Source of the DNA: a virus
DNA: 27,945 bases
IMG/VR virus record: IMGVR_UViG_3300025828_000013
Strand: one strand, 5' to 3'
Below are positions 15,648 to 23,831 of the stretch, piece by piece (position 1 is the first letter of the stretch; every line of letters begins with the position of its first letter). The position numbers and the translations under genes were made by a program. The notes beneath the pieces were generated by a model. The model saw nothing but the letters and a program-made list of their open reading frames with translations. It was not told the DNA's origin and made no database searches.

Positions 15648-15897
15648 GCTACCGCTATTCGATGGCTTGGCAGTGCGCAGCGACGCTCGAGGCAGGCCAG
15701 AAGCGCCATGCTGCATATGTGGCGAGCTAAGCCGCTACCGTTCTGCGCCATGGCCAGATCGGATCGTGCGCTTCGCCTGCCATGGAGGCTGCCAGCAAGT
15801 AGCCGCAGAACGGATAGAAGAACGGCTAGGCTTTCAATACTGCGCCGAGATCGATCGAGCCGAAGATCAGAAACTCAAAAAAAGTAGCCCTATTTAG
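15640..15897 (+). CDS. Hypothetical zinc-ribbon-like protein (85 aa)
   Basis: Cys motifs PCCICGE and FACHGGC. GTG start overlaps the micro-ORF. Confidence 0.45.
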   Translation: MSKLPLFDGLAVRSDARGRPEAPCCICGELSRYRSAPWPDRIVRFACHGGCQQVAAERIEERLGFQYCAEIDRAEDQKLKKSSPI

Positions 15898-15948
15898 TGG
15901 ATGGATTATCCATGGCGCATTATGGATACAATATCCAAAGGGGGCAAC
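15894..15948 (+). promoter_or_regulatory. Conserved leader/operator element, copy B (two TGGAT-N5-ATCCA dyads plus SD)
   Basis: Dyads at 15898-15912 and 15923-15937, with the same 25-bp centre-to-centre spacing as copy A. Confidence 0.6.
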
Positions 15949-16149
15949 ATGGAAAGCGTAAACGTAGCTACTGCACTTCGAGATCACCCAACTAGTCTAT
16001 GTGGTTGGTGGACTTCTGCCGATGGCGCAGGCTGCCTAGATATGACAGGGACAACCGTAGCAGAAGCCGTAGCAGAACTGCTAGCGCAGTGCAGTAGCGA
16101 AGCGGATAGGCGCGATCTGCTTAGCGGCACGATCGAGATCGCGCGATAG
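15949..16149 (+). CDS. Hypothetical protein (66 aa). The start is moved to the ATG at 15949.
   Basis: AAAGGGGGCAAC precedes this ATG. The ORF-track extension from 15901 reads through the conserved element. Confidence 0.5.
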   Translation: MESVNVATALRDHPTSLCGWWTSADGAGCLDMTGTTVAEAVAELLAQCSSEADRRDLLSGTIEIAR

Positions 16150-16583
16150 TGCCGAAGCCTAGCCAGGCCTGGACTCTGATCGCTGCCTTCGATGTAGCTG
16201 GAAAGCCAGTGCCGAAGGCTAGGCCTCGAGCCAAGATCGTAGGAAGATTCGCTCGAGTCTATACGCCTGCGAAAACTAAGGCCTTTGAGCGCCTTGTAGC
16301 CTCGAGCATACCAAGCGACGCAGGCCAGCCGAAGGATCTGATCAGAGTCGATCTTAGGGTCTATCTGCCAAGGCCGAAGGCTAGGCCTCGCTACATGCCT
16401 AAGCGGCTTTGGCTCGAGCCAGAGCCATACTGCCGATCTCGAGGCGACGTAGATAACTACGCTAAGGCCATCCTAGACGGGATCGGCGATTGGCTAGGAA
16501 ATGACGTGGCAGTAGTCGATCTGCGAGCCTCTAAGCATATCAGCGATCAGCCTAGAGCGGAGATCGAGGTATACACTTTATAG
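16149..16583 (+). CDS. rusA: RusA-family Holliday junction resolvase
   Basis: Motifs KPVPKARPR and RGDVDNYAKAILDGI are typical of RusA. TAGTG-coupled GTG start. Confidence 0.8.
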   Translation: MPKPSQAWTLIAAFDVAGKPVPKARPRAKIVGRFARVYTPAKTKAFERLVASSIPSDAGQPKDLIRVDLRVYLPRPKARPRYMPKRLWLEPEPYCRSRGDVDNYAKAILDGIGDWLGNDVAVVDLRASKHISDQPRAEIEVYTL

Positions 16584-16593
16584 GGGGCAAAAC

Positions 16594-17184
16594 ATGAGCG
16601 CGACAAACAGAGGCGCCGCTAGGCATCCTGACGATTTCTACGCTACGCCGTATTGGTGCGTGGATCGACTGCTAGAGGCAGTGCCGCTACCGCTAGGCCT
16701 CTGGCTGGAGCCATGGGCAGGCGATGGCGCGATCGTGCGAGCGGTGCAGCGGCATAGCGATCTAGAAGTGCAGTGGCTTACGAATGAACTTTCGGCAGAT
16801 CGAGCGCCTGAAGGATCGAGGATCGGAGACTACCGATCATGGCGAGCCACTGGCAACGTAGTGCTGTCTAATCCTCCCTATAAGGATGCTACCGAGTGCG
16901 CCGAGTGGGCGATCTCGCGAGCCTCTACAGTGGCGCTACTGCTACGCCTAAACTGGCTAGAGGGCCAGAAGCGAGCGGCTTTCCATAAACAGCACCCTAG
17001 TAGCGTTTACGTACTGCCTAACAGGCCGTCATTTACTGGCAGGGGCACAGACGCAACCGCCTACGCTTGGTTCGTGTGGGGCATGCCTGGCAGGCCTACA
17101 GTTAGCGTTCTGAACACTACACCGAGATCAGAGCGGCTAGCGGCTAGATCGGACACTCAAAAAGTAGGGAAAGCGCATGCCTAA
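16594..17184 (+). CDS. Orphan DNA N6-adenine methyltransferase (196 aa)
   Basis: DFYATP, an AdoMet-binding-like EPWAGDGAIV, and the catalytic NPPY (VVLSNPPYKD). No adjacent restriction endonuclease gene. Confidence 0.75.
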   Translation: MSATNRGAARHPDDFYATPYWCVDRLLEAVPLPLGLWLEPWAGDGAIVRAVQRHSDLEVQWLTNELSADRAPEGSRIGDYRSWRATGNVVLSNPPYKDATECAEWAISRASTVALLLRLNWLEGQKRAAFHKQHPSSVYVLPNRPSFTGRGTDATAYAWFVWGMPGRPTVSVLNTTPRSERLAARSDTQKVGKAHA

Positions 17185-17620
17185 GCCATCCACCAAGCCG
17201 AAACTGCTGAAGTTTACTAAGGAAGCTAGAGCGCGCTTTGTGGAGGCGATCCAGCTAGGCGCTACGATCACTATGGCCTGTAACTATGCTGGCTTCGCTA
17301 CTACCACCTACTACGATGCTCTAAAGCAGGCTCGAGCCAAGCCGGATAGCATTTATGGAGCATTCGCAGCCGAAGTAGAACAGGCCAAAGGCCTAGCGGC
17401 GATCGGCTGGCTCGCCAAGATCGAAGCCGCAGCCGATACGGGTAGCTGGCAGGCTGCAGCATGGAAACTAGAGCGGCGCTACCCTACAGAGTTTGGCCGA
17501 AGCATCCAAGAAATAAAGCACTCTGGCCAAGTGGAGACAGGGCCAGATGTAGGCCAGATGGCAGAAACGATCGCCGCTCGAATCTGGCAGCGGAAAAACA
17601 GGCCAGACGATGAAGGCTGA
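17177..17620 (+). CDS. terS: Terminase small subunit
   Basis: Lies immediately upstream of and overlapping terL. N-terminal HTH-like ARFVEAIQLGATITMACNYAGFATTTYYDAL. Confidence 0.65.
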   Translation: MPKPSTKPKLLKFTKEARARFVEAIQLGATITMACNYAGFATTTYYDALKQARAKPDSIYGAFAAEVEQAKGLAAIGWLAKIEAAADTGSWQAAAWKLERRYPTEFGRSIQEIKHSGQVETGPDVGQMAETIAARIWQRKNRPDDEG

Positions 17621-19181
17621 TCCTCTCGAGCTCGAGATCGAAAGCGAGGTAGAAGCGCTGCTAGAGTGTCTAGATAGCTTCGCCGCTTTCGCGCGAAAGT
17701 TCTGGCAGATCGCTAGGCCTGGTAGGGAAGTAGTATGGGGCTGGCACTTACAGCACTGCGCTGATCGAGCGCAGCACTACATGACTCGAGGCCATGGCAC
17801 TTTAGTAGTGGTCCTGCCTTTTCGTAGTGGAAAGAGTACCCTTTTCGGAGTTCTGCTAGGCGCTTGGGATTGGCTGCACAGGCCGCATAGGCAGTGGATC
17901 TCGATAGGCAGCGACTCTAAGAACGTCTCTCGAGACTCTAGATCGACTAGGCGAGTGATCCTATCAGAGCCATACCAGAGGCTAGCCAGGATAGCAGGAA
18001 CGCAGGATCTGCTAGACCTAACCAGGGATCAGAACGAAAAGACAAATTTCGTTTTAGCTGGAGGCGGTGGCAGGCGCTGCACTACCACTTTCGGATCGAT
18101 TACTGGAGGCGATGGCGATGTATTGCACCTAGACGATCTGATCGATGCGAAGGAAGTAGAGGTAGGCTCTACCTCGCAGGTAAACAGGCGCCTGCAGAAA
18201 GTAGTAGATCTCTATGATAATAGCTGGACAGATCGCATAAACCCCGATCCTACACTGCCTCCAGATGTAGAGCCAGGCGTTAGGATCATCGTAGCGCAGC
18301 GAGTACACCTGCTAGACCTGCCAGGCGTTCTAATAGAGCGCGCCTCGAGCGGAGTAGAGGCAGCCGAGATCATCCACATACCCGAAGAATACGATCCCAG
18401 TCCAGACGTTAGGATCACTGGCCCGAAGTGCGCCGCAGATCCTAGGACAGAGGCAGGCCAGCTACTACTACCAGCGCTGCGAGGTAGAGGCTGGATCGAG
18501 GCGATTCGAGCCAGACCAGGCGGAGATCGAAAGGTAGCCACTCGCCTAAATGGCCATCCTGTCTCTAAGGGTGGAGGCGAGATTAAAGCTAAGTGGTTTA
18601 GGCAGGCCTACGATCTACCGCCTAGGCAGATGGCCTCGCAGTGTGTAGACGTAATCGGTACGATGGATTGCGCAGAAGAAACAGGCGATGGCGCAGACTT
18701 TACCGCGTTTCACATATGGGGCAGGATCGGCGCTACAAAAGTCCTACTCCATCGCCATAGCGAGAGGATGACGATTGATCGGCAGTATGCCTACCTATCG
18801 ACTATCCGCGATCAGTGGCCTAGCCTTGGAAAGATCTACATAGAAAAGGCCAGTAACGGTAAGACACTGCTAAGGCTGAAGCCCACTACAGGCCTGATCG
18901 CCTACTCTCCACATGGCAGAAGCAAAAGCGAGCGCGCCCATGCTTTCATCTTGGCAGCCGAAGCAGATGAAATCATTCTGCCGAAAGGCCCGATCTTGGT
19001 AGACGCAGAAACAGGCCTAAAGGTTTCGCGCATGGCCTATGATGCGCTGCAGGTATGGATATCGTTTGGCGTAGGCAGCGATCATGATGATGATGTAGAC
19101 GCAGCGGCGATGGCCTGCGAGCACTATAGTAGAGGCGTAAAGCGGATCAGGCCTCTAAGCCTTAGCGCCGCTTTCCTGTGA
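17610..19181 (+). CDS. terL: Terminase large subunit
   Basis: Walker A-like LPFRSGKST, Walker B-like VLHLDDLID, and C-terminal nuclease-type acidic motifs (GTMDCAEETGDGADFTAF; DHDDDVDAAAMA). Confidence 0.85.
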   Translation: MKADPLELEIESEVEALLECLDSFAAFARKFWQIARPGREVVWGWHLQHCADRAQHYMTRGHGTLVVVLPFRSGKSTLFGVLLGAWDWLHRPHRQWISIGSDSKNVSRDSRSTRRVILSEPYQRLARIAGTQDLLDLTRDQNEKTNFVLAGGGGRRCTTTFGSITGGDGDVLHLDDLIDAKEVEVGSTSQVNRRLQKVVDLYDNSWTDRINPDPTLPPDVEPGVRIIVAQRVHLLDLPGVLIERASSGVEAAEIIHIPEEYDPSPDVRITGPKCAADPRTEAGQLLLPALRGRGWIEAIRARPGGDRKVATRLNGHPVSKGGGEIKAKWFRQAYDLPPRQMASQCVDVIGTMDCAEETGDGADFTAFHIWGRIGATKVLLHRHSERMTIDRQYAYLSTIRDQWPSLGKIYIEKASNGKTLLRLKPTTGLIAYSPHGRSKSERAHAFILAAEADEIILPKGPILVDAETGLKVSRMAYDALQVWISFGVGSDHDDDVDAAAMACEHYSRGVKRIRPLSLSAAFL

Positions 19182-19189
19182 GGGTTTCC

Positions 19190-20653
19190 ATGGCTTATCC
19201 TGATATCGGACTCGTAGATCGTTCCTTTGGCAGTCCGCCTCGAGGCACTGATCAAACTGGCCTAAGTAGCTGGCCAGATGATCGCTCGAGCATGATCGCC
19301 GAATACGATAGGCGCGAAAGGGTCTACCTAGGCCTTAGCTATACGCAGGCTGAACGCAGGATCCTTAATCTTTTTCAAGCGCAAGATGTACAGAACCGAG
19401 TGATCGCCAAGGCTCGAAGGCTTCTGCGGGATATCGCCTTTGTGATCGATGTAGACGCTAGCGCGATCGCTACCTCTACCCTATCGCTACAAGTGCGAAA
19501 GGATAGCGGTCTAGATCCGAATCAGGCCGAAAGGATGCGCCAAGCGGGGCAGAAAGTATGGCATAGATCAAAGGTTAATCAGCACTGCCTTTCGTGGGCT
19601 ACTCGAGGTTGCTACTTAGGGCGCTGGATCTTCGAGGCGCAGATGCATCCAAGCGGACAGGCCTATATTGTAGGCCATGATCCTAGGCATGTAGAAGTGC
19701 AACGGGATGGCTTCGGGACAGTGCGATCCGCACTTCTGACTGTAGACAAAACCGATACCGATAGCCTGATCAGTCACGAACAGCCGCAGGCCTATAGGTA
19801 TCGTAGGCATATGACAGCTAGCGAATATCAGGAGTTTCGCGATAGCGAGGCCACTAGCCTAGAGCCTAACCGGCTAGGCGCAGTGCCCGTGTCAGAGTTC
19901 ATTTACAAAGACATAGGGCGCGCTATGCCGCTATGGGCAGGCCAGGGGCTCGAGTCAGGGCTAGCCCTGGTAGATAGCCTGCTTACACAGCTAGGCGTTA
20001 TTGGCACTCGAAGCGGCAGCCCGATCTTAAAAGGCATGGGTGTAGATCCTGGCTCTGGAGCGGATCTAAACGCCATCGATCGCGCTGCGGCACTGCCCGA
20101 AGGCACTGATCTTCAGTGGCTAGAGCCTCGCCTTGATGGCCTGCGAACCTTTATCGACACTGCAGATACCCAGGTAAACAACCTTAGAGCTACGCTTTTC
20201 GAGTTTCTATTTACCGAAGCAGGCGCAGGGGCTAGCGGCTTGGCTCTAAGCCATAGGGCTAGAGGTTTCGTAATGAAGATCGGGCCTATTCGGCAGCATT
20301 TCTACAGAGCTCTAGCGCTAGTTACCGGCTACGCAGTAGCGGCAGATCTAGGCCTCGCCTGGAGCGCCGATCTAGACGTATTCGAGGTAGACGGTGGCGA
20401 GCCTTTGCCTATGGATTCGGAAGCGATGACTGGCCTCTACTTAACCCTAGTGAACCAGGGCCTACTAAAACCAGAGGATGCGATCTCGAGGCTGCAGGGT
20501 ATTGGCCTGATCCCCGAAGGCGATCCGCTAGAGTATCTGGAGGCGATCAAGGCTGTAGAGGATAGCGAGGCCAGCGCAGCGATCCTCGCTGATCTAGAGG
20601 CTCGCACTACTGCAGCCGTAGAAGAACCAGAGATCGTAGAAGTGCCAGAGTAG
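19190..20653 (+). CDS. Portal protein. The start is placed at the ATG at 19190; the ORF track starts at the GTG at 19178.
   Basis: Size and position directly after terL. GAGGG lies 6-7 nt before the ATG at 19190. Confidence 0.7.
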   Translation: MAYPDIGLVDRSFGSPPRGTDQTGLSSWPDDRSSMIAEYDRRERVYLGLSYTQAERRILNLFQAQDVQNRVIAKARRLLRDIAFVIDVDASAIATSTLSLQVRKDSGLDPNQAERMRQAGQKVWHRSKVNQHCLSWATRGCYLGRWIFEAQMHPSGQAYIVGHDPRHVEVQRDGFGTVRSALLTVDKTDTDSLISHEQPQAYRYRRHMTASEYQEFRDSEATSLEPNRLGAVPVSEFIYKDIGRAMPLWAGQGLESGLALVDSLLTQLGVIGTRSGSPILKGMGVDPGSGADLNAIDRAAALPEGTDLQWLEPRLDGLRTFIDTADTQVNNLRATLFEFLFTEAGAGASGLALSHRARGFVMKIGPIRQHFYRALALVTGYAVAADLGLAWSADLDVFEVDGGEPLPMDSEAMTGLYLTLVNQGLLKPEDAISRLQGIGLIPEGDPLEYLEAIKAVEDSEASAAILADLEARTTAAVEEPEIVEVPE

Positions 20654-20701
20654 CGCGAAACGTGGTAGGCTACGGCTAGTCGGAACTCGACTGAATCACC
20701 A

Positions 20702-20736
20702 ACCCCGCTAGGCATAGGGTCTAGCGGGGTACTTTT
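20702..20736. terminator. Intrinsic terminator between the convergent portal gene and the reverse-oriented gene
   Basis: CCCCGCTAG (20703-20711), a 9-nt loop, CTAGCGGGG (20721-20729), then ACTTTTA on the plus strand. It lies 6 nt beyond the stop of the minus-strand gene. Confidence 0.75.
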
Positions 20737-21160
20737 ATCCGCGCCTAAGTTCTCGCTCTAGGCGATCTGCGTTTCGGCGCAGGCTGGCAGCGGCAGCCTC
20801 ACTCGCTGCGCCTTCGGCTCTTTTGCGCAGTGCGGCGATCTCGGCTTCGATTTCTCGCACGATCTGATCGGCGAATCGCTTTCCAGGGTTGCCGCCCCAC
20901 AGCGCCCATGCTTGCGCCGCTTTCGATCTAGGGTTTTGCCTAGCGGCTGCGCTACCAGGCGAAGCGCCATGGCGAGCGAAAAAGGATCGCATGCGCCAAA
21001 CAGTATGCGCCGCTAGTAGCCGCTGGTTGGCTATGTCTCTGGCTCGAGCGATCCCCGTTGGAGTGCCAGCGCGCTGGCTAGGCGGTAGCTTCTGGCGTAG
21101 CTCTAGCACCCTGCGAGCGATCGTGGCCATCTCGGCTGTAGGCTTGTAGATCTTAGGCAT
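20735..21160 (-). CDS. Hypothetical protein (141 aa) encoded opposite to the flanking structural genes
   Basis: The ATG at 21160 (MPKIYKPTAEM...) has AGAGG upstream; the ORF track starts at the TTG at 21205. The pattern GTPTGIARARDIA...TVWRMRSFFARHG...AWALWGGNPGKRFA resembles a domain I remember from phage head-morphogenesis fusion proteins. That family assignment is unverified. Confidence 0.55.
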   Translation of the reverse strand: MPKIYKPTAEMATIARRVLELRQKLPPSQRAGTPTGIARARDIANQRLLAAHTVWRMRSFFARHGASPGSAAARQNPRSKAAQAWALWGGNPGKRFADQIVREIEAEIAALRKRAEGAASEAAAASLRRNADRLERELRRG

Positions 21161-21237
21161 GCTAGGCCTCTGGCTAGTTTTGTGATAGGGTCGAAATACC
21201 GCCAAAGTAACTTATGCTTGGTAGCGGTATAGTGCAG

Positions 21238-21268
21238 CCGCTCTAGTAATCCTGCTAGAGCGGTTTTA
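21238..21268 (+). terminator. Terminator-like hairpin in the 210-bp non-coding gap upstream of the head genes
   Basis: CCGCTCTAG (21238-21246), an 8-nt loop, CTAGAGCGG (21255-21263), then TTTTA. No plus-strand gene ends upstream of it. Confidence 0.5.
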
Positions 21269-21370
21269 CTGTATCACTCGACAACCGCGATCCACTGTGG
21301 TAGCCAGTATTTAAGCCCGATCAGGCGGTGGCAGCCTGCGCTTTATGCGGAATGGTCAGTAGGGGCAGGC

Positions 21371-21979
21371 ATGGCAGAAGAAACGGATCAAGCCGGTATT
21401 AACCAAGGGACAGCCGATCCCGTCCAGAGTAGCACCGACGATCCTAGGACAGTGCCTCTAAAGGCTCTGACTAGCGAGCGGACAAAGCGCCAAGCGCTCG
21501 AGGCTAGGCTAGCTGAACTGGAAAAAGCGGCAGCCGAGAAAAGCGAAGCAGAAGCAGCCGAAAGGGGGCAGTTTCGCGATCTATGGGAAAGCCGAGGAAA
21601 GCCAGCCGAGGAAAAGGTAAGCGCGCTTACGGCTAAGATCGAAGCCTTCGAGGCAGCGCGCATGGCTAGGCTTGAAAAGCGCAGAGAAGCGCTAGGCTCT
21701 TTCGCAGATGGTATCCCCGAAGGCATGGCAGGCGATCAGCTAGAGCACATGCTGTCATGGGCAGAAACTCTAAAGGCTAAAGCCTCGAGCTCCAGCGCTG
21801 CGCCTGTCCTTCCTACTGGTCAAGGCAGCCAAGATAACGCCAAGGCACCCACTAAGATCAGCGAAAGGGAAGCCGAGTGGATGCGCCGCACTAAGCCTAG
21901 CTGGCTAAACGCTCCAGAGGATCGCCAGAGAGTGCTACTCGATCGTTTTGGCCCTGCATGGGCTAAGCGCAGTAACTAA
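21371..21979 (+). CDS. Scaffolding protein candidate (202 aa)
   Basis: Ala/Glu/Lys-rich coiled coil (LEARLAELEKAAAEKSEAEAAERGQ), positioned ahead of the capsid genes. No prohead protease gene is present. Confidence 0.55.
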   Translation: MAEETDQAGINQGTADPVQSSTDDPRTVPLKALTSERTKRQALEARLAELEKAAAEKSEAEAAERGQFRDLWESRGKPAEEKVSALTAKIEAFEAARMARLEKRREALGSFADGIPEGMAGDQLEHMLSWAETLKAKASSSSAAPVLPTGQGSQDNAKAPTKISEREAEWMRRTKPSWLNAPEDRQRVLLDRFGPAWAKRSN

Positions 21980-21982
21980 ACT

Positions 21983-22000
21983 AGGGCCTCTGGCCCTTTT
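21983..22000 (+). terminator. Short hairpin plus T-run after the scaffold gene (weak or partial terminator)
   Basis: AGGGCC, loop TCT, GGCCCT, then TTT. The stem is only 6 bp. Confidence 0.3.
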
Positions 22001-22015
22001 ACTTAGGGGCTAGAA

Positions 22016-22447
22016 ATGGCAGTAGATCTAGATCATGGCCTTTATCGCGATCTTGGCGATGAAGTCGTAAGCGTTCCTGTTAAGGCTGCGGCTACTTGGG
22101 CTGCAGGTGATTTCGTCAAGCTTACCGCAGGCTACCTCGAGGCCTGCAGTGCTGACGACTCGCCTTATGGAGTGGCAGTGGCCACCCTGGTTAGCGCGGA
22201 CTCACCTAGCACTTCTGGCGATTCTGAAGCGCTGGTCTATGTCGGTGGAAACAACCACTACATTGTGCCTCCAGATACGGGCACTGTGGCGATTACGCTG
22301 GTCGGCAAAAAGTGCGACGTTGGAGGCGCTGGCAGCGCCAAGATCTCCACTTCGGTGGATGGCTCGCTTCTGATCGTTGATGTAGATACCGATGCTAACA
22401 AAGTGATCGTTCAGTTGAACGTCGCAGCCAACTTCGCAGGAGTCTGA
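22016..22447 (+). CDS. Head decoration/cement protein candidate (143 aa)
   Basis: Small Gly/Ala/Val-rich beta-type protein immediately before the major capsid gene. Assignment is mainly positional. Confidence 0.4.
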   Translation: MAVDLDHGLYRDLGDEVVSVPVKAAATWAAGDFVKLTAGYLEACSADDSPYGVAVATLVSADSPSTSGDSEALVYVGGNNHYIVPPDTGTVAITLVGKKCDVGGAGSAKISTSVDGSLLIVDVDTDANKVIVQLNVAANFAGV

Positions 22448-22450
22448 TCC

Positions 22451-23473
22451 ATGCTTACCGTTGACCAACTGAATAAGATCGCTTTCGATCGTGGTTACCA
22501 GGCCATCGCAGATAGCTACACCGAAGCAGATGAAGTCTGGCGAGAGCTTCTGCCTGCAGATAAGATCGTGGTCCCGTCTACCGAAACCTTGACGGACTAC
22601 CCCTACGGCGATCGAAAGATCATGCCTATTGGACTCGGCGAACTGCATGAGATCGAGGAAGGCCAGCGAGTGCCGCAGGATCTGATCGGTGAAGGCCCTG
22701 TCCGTCAGTGCAAGCTGCGCACTCTGGCCACTGCGCTTACCGTTACCGAGGATATGCTTATGCTTCGGGACGCAGAAACGCGCCTGGTTCGAGACGTGAT
22801 CGATTGGGGGCGGCGAGTCGCTGGAGCGGCTAGCCGGTTTAGGAATGATTTTATCGCTGGCATGTTTCAAAAGGGAACGCTAGCGGCTGGCTCTACCAAG
22901 TACTTTAATAACGCTTACCGTGGTACGCCTGATTCGAACGCAGGTTTCATCTACGATGGAAAGCCCTGGTTTGCCGCGTCTGGAAATGCTCACCCTGCGC
23001 AGGGCTATACGGGATCGGTCGGCTCGTTCGGTGAAAACCTGATCGCGACTGCGCCTTTGACTTCTGCGAACGTCCAGACTGCTTACAGCACTATGTCTGT
23101 TACGAATGCTTATGACGAGCGCTATCAGCCGATCAGCATTCGGCCTACGGTGCTTCTGGCAGGCGGTAGCATGCGCCAGACCGTAGCGGCGATCACTGAG
23201 TCCGATCTTCTGCCAGGCGGTAGCAATAACGATGCGAATGCATTTCGCGGATTGCTTCGGCCTGTCATCTGGGATCGCCTCACTGACGATACCGATGCGT
23301 GGTGGATGCTCGCAGATGATCCCGGCATGATGGTTTACGACTCTGGCATTCCAGAGATCCGCACTCGAGTGAATGAAGCGACTCGCACTGTCACCTTTGA
23401 GGGCTTCATTCGCTTCGGTGCAGTGATCACAGACTGGAGAGGCGCCATCTGTGCTAACAAGGCCACTAGCTGA
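22451..23473 (+). CDS. Major capsid protein (340 aa)
   Basis: Size and position (after scaffold, before the head-tail joining genes). Its codon usage is distinct, consistent with high expression. No motif-level identification. Confidence 0.7.
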   Translation: MLTVDQLNKIAFDRGYQAIADSYTEADEVWRELLPADKIVVPSTETLTDYPYGDRKIMPIGLGELHEIEEGQRVPQDLIGEGPVRQCKLRTLATALTVTEDMLMLRDAETRLVRDVIDWGRRVAGAASRFRNDFIAGMFQKGTLAAGSTKYFNNAYRGTPDSNAGFIYDGKPWFAASGNAHPAQGYTGSVGSFGENLIATAPLTSANVQTAYSTMSVTNAYDERYQPISIRPTVLLAGGSMRQTVAAITESDLLPGGSNNDANAFRGLLRPVIWDRLTDDTDAWWMLADDPGMMVYDSGIPEIRTRVNEATRTVTFEGFIRFGAVITDWRGAICANKATS

Positions 23474-23823
23474 TGAATGAGGCGCATCGGCTAAGGCTAG
23501 ATCGGATCCTCAAAGGCGAGATCCCTGCAGGTTCCTGCGAGTCGCGCACTCTAGTAGTGATGCTACTCGCTGAAGCGCTGCAGGAAATGAAGGCGATCCG
23601 ATCGCTACTCGCTGATCTTTCCGCTCCAGCCGAAGCCGATGCGCAGCCAGAGATCGATCCTTCGGATCTTCTGAAGGGTCGTGTTTCTGCAGTCAAGCTA
23701 GCGATCGGCGCATGCGAAAGCGCTGATCTTCTGCGCCGCTGCCTCGAGCTAGAAACAGCCAAGGCCAAGCCTAGATCGACAGTAGTAGCGGCGATTACTG
23801 CTAGAGTCGAAACACTGAACTGA
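23473..23823 (+). CDS. Hypothetical head-associated protein (116 aa)
   Basis: ATGA-type overlap (TGATGA) with the capsid gene. Confidence 0.5.
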   Translation: MNEAHRLRLDRILKGEIPAGSCESRTLVVMLLAEALQEMKAIRSLLADLSAPAEADAQPEIDPSDLLKGRVSAVKLAIGACESADLLRRCLELETAKAKPRSTVVAAITARVETLN

Positions 23824-23831
23824 GGTATGCC

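Noticed and set aside
19188-19206. Fifth copy of the conserved box at the portal start (CCATGGCTTATCCTGATATCGGA)
   Set aside because: Only the right half of the box (11 nt) and a TGATAT word match. The conserved AGTGG left half and the dyads are missing. It lies in coding sequence and may be a remnant or chance.
20889-21149. Plus-strand 86-codon ORF opposite the reverse-oriented gene
   Set aside because: It has no SD and shadow-frame composition, and the minus-strand ORF is longer. The minus-strand ORF also has an SD-preceded ATG and a terminator just after its stop.
22202-22870. 222-codon minus-strand ORF spanning the decoration and capsid genes
   Set aside because: It lies entirely antisense to two well-supported, tightly coupled structural genes. 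It has no SD and its sequence is low-complexity and Arg/Ser-rich. The local lack of CTA/TTA/TCA sense codons, which removes antisense stops, explains it.
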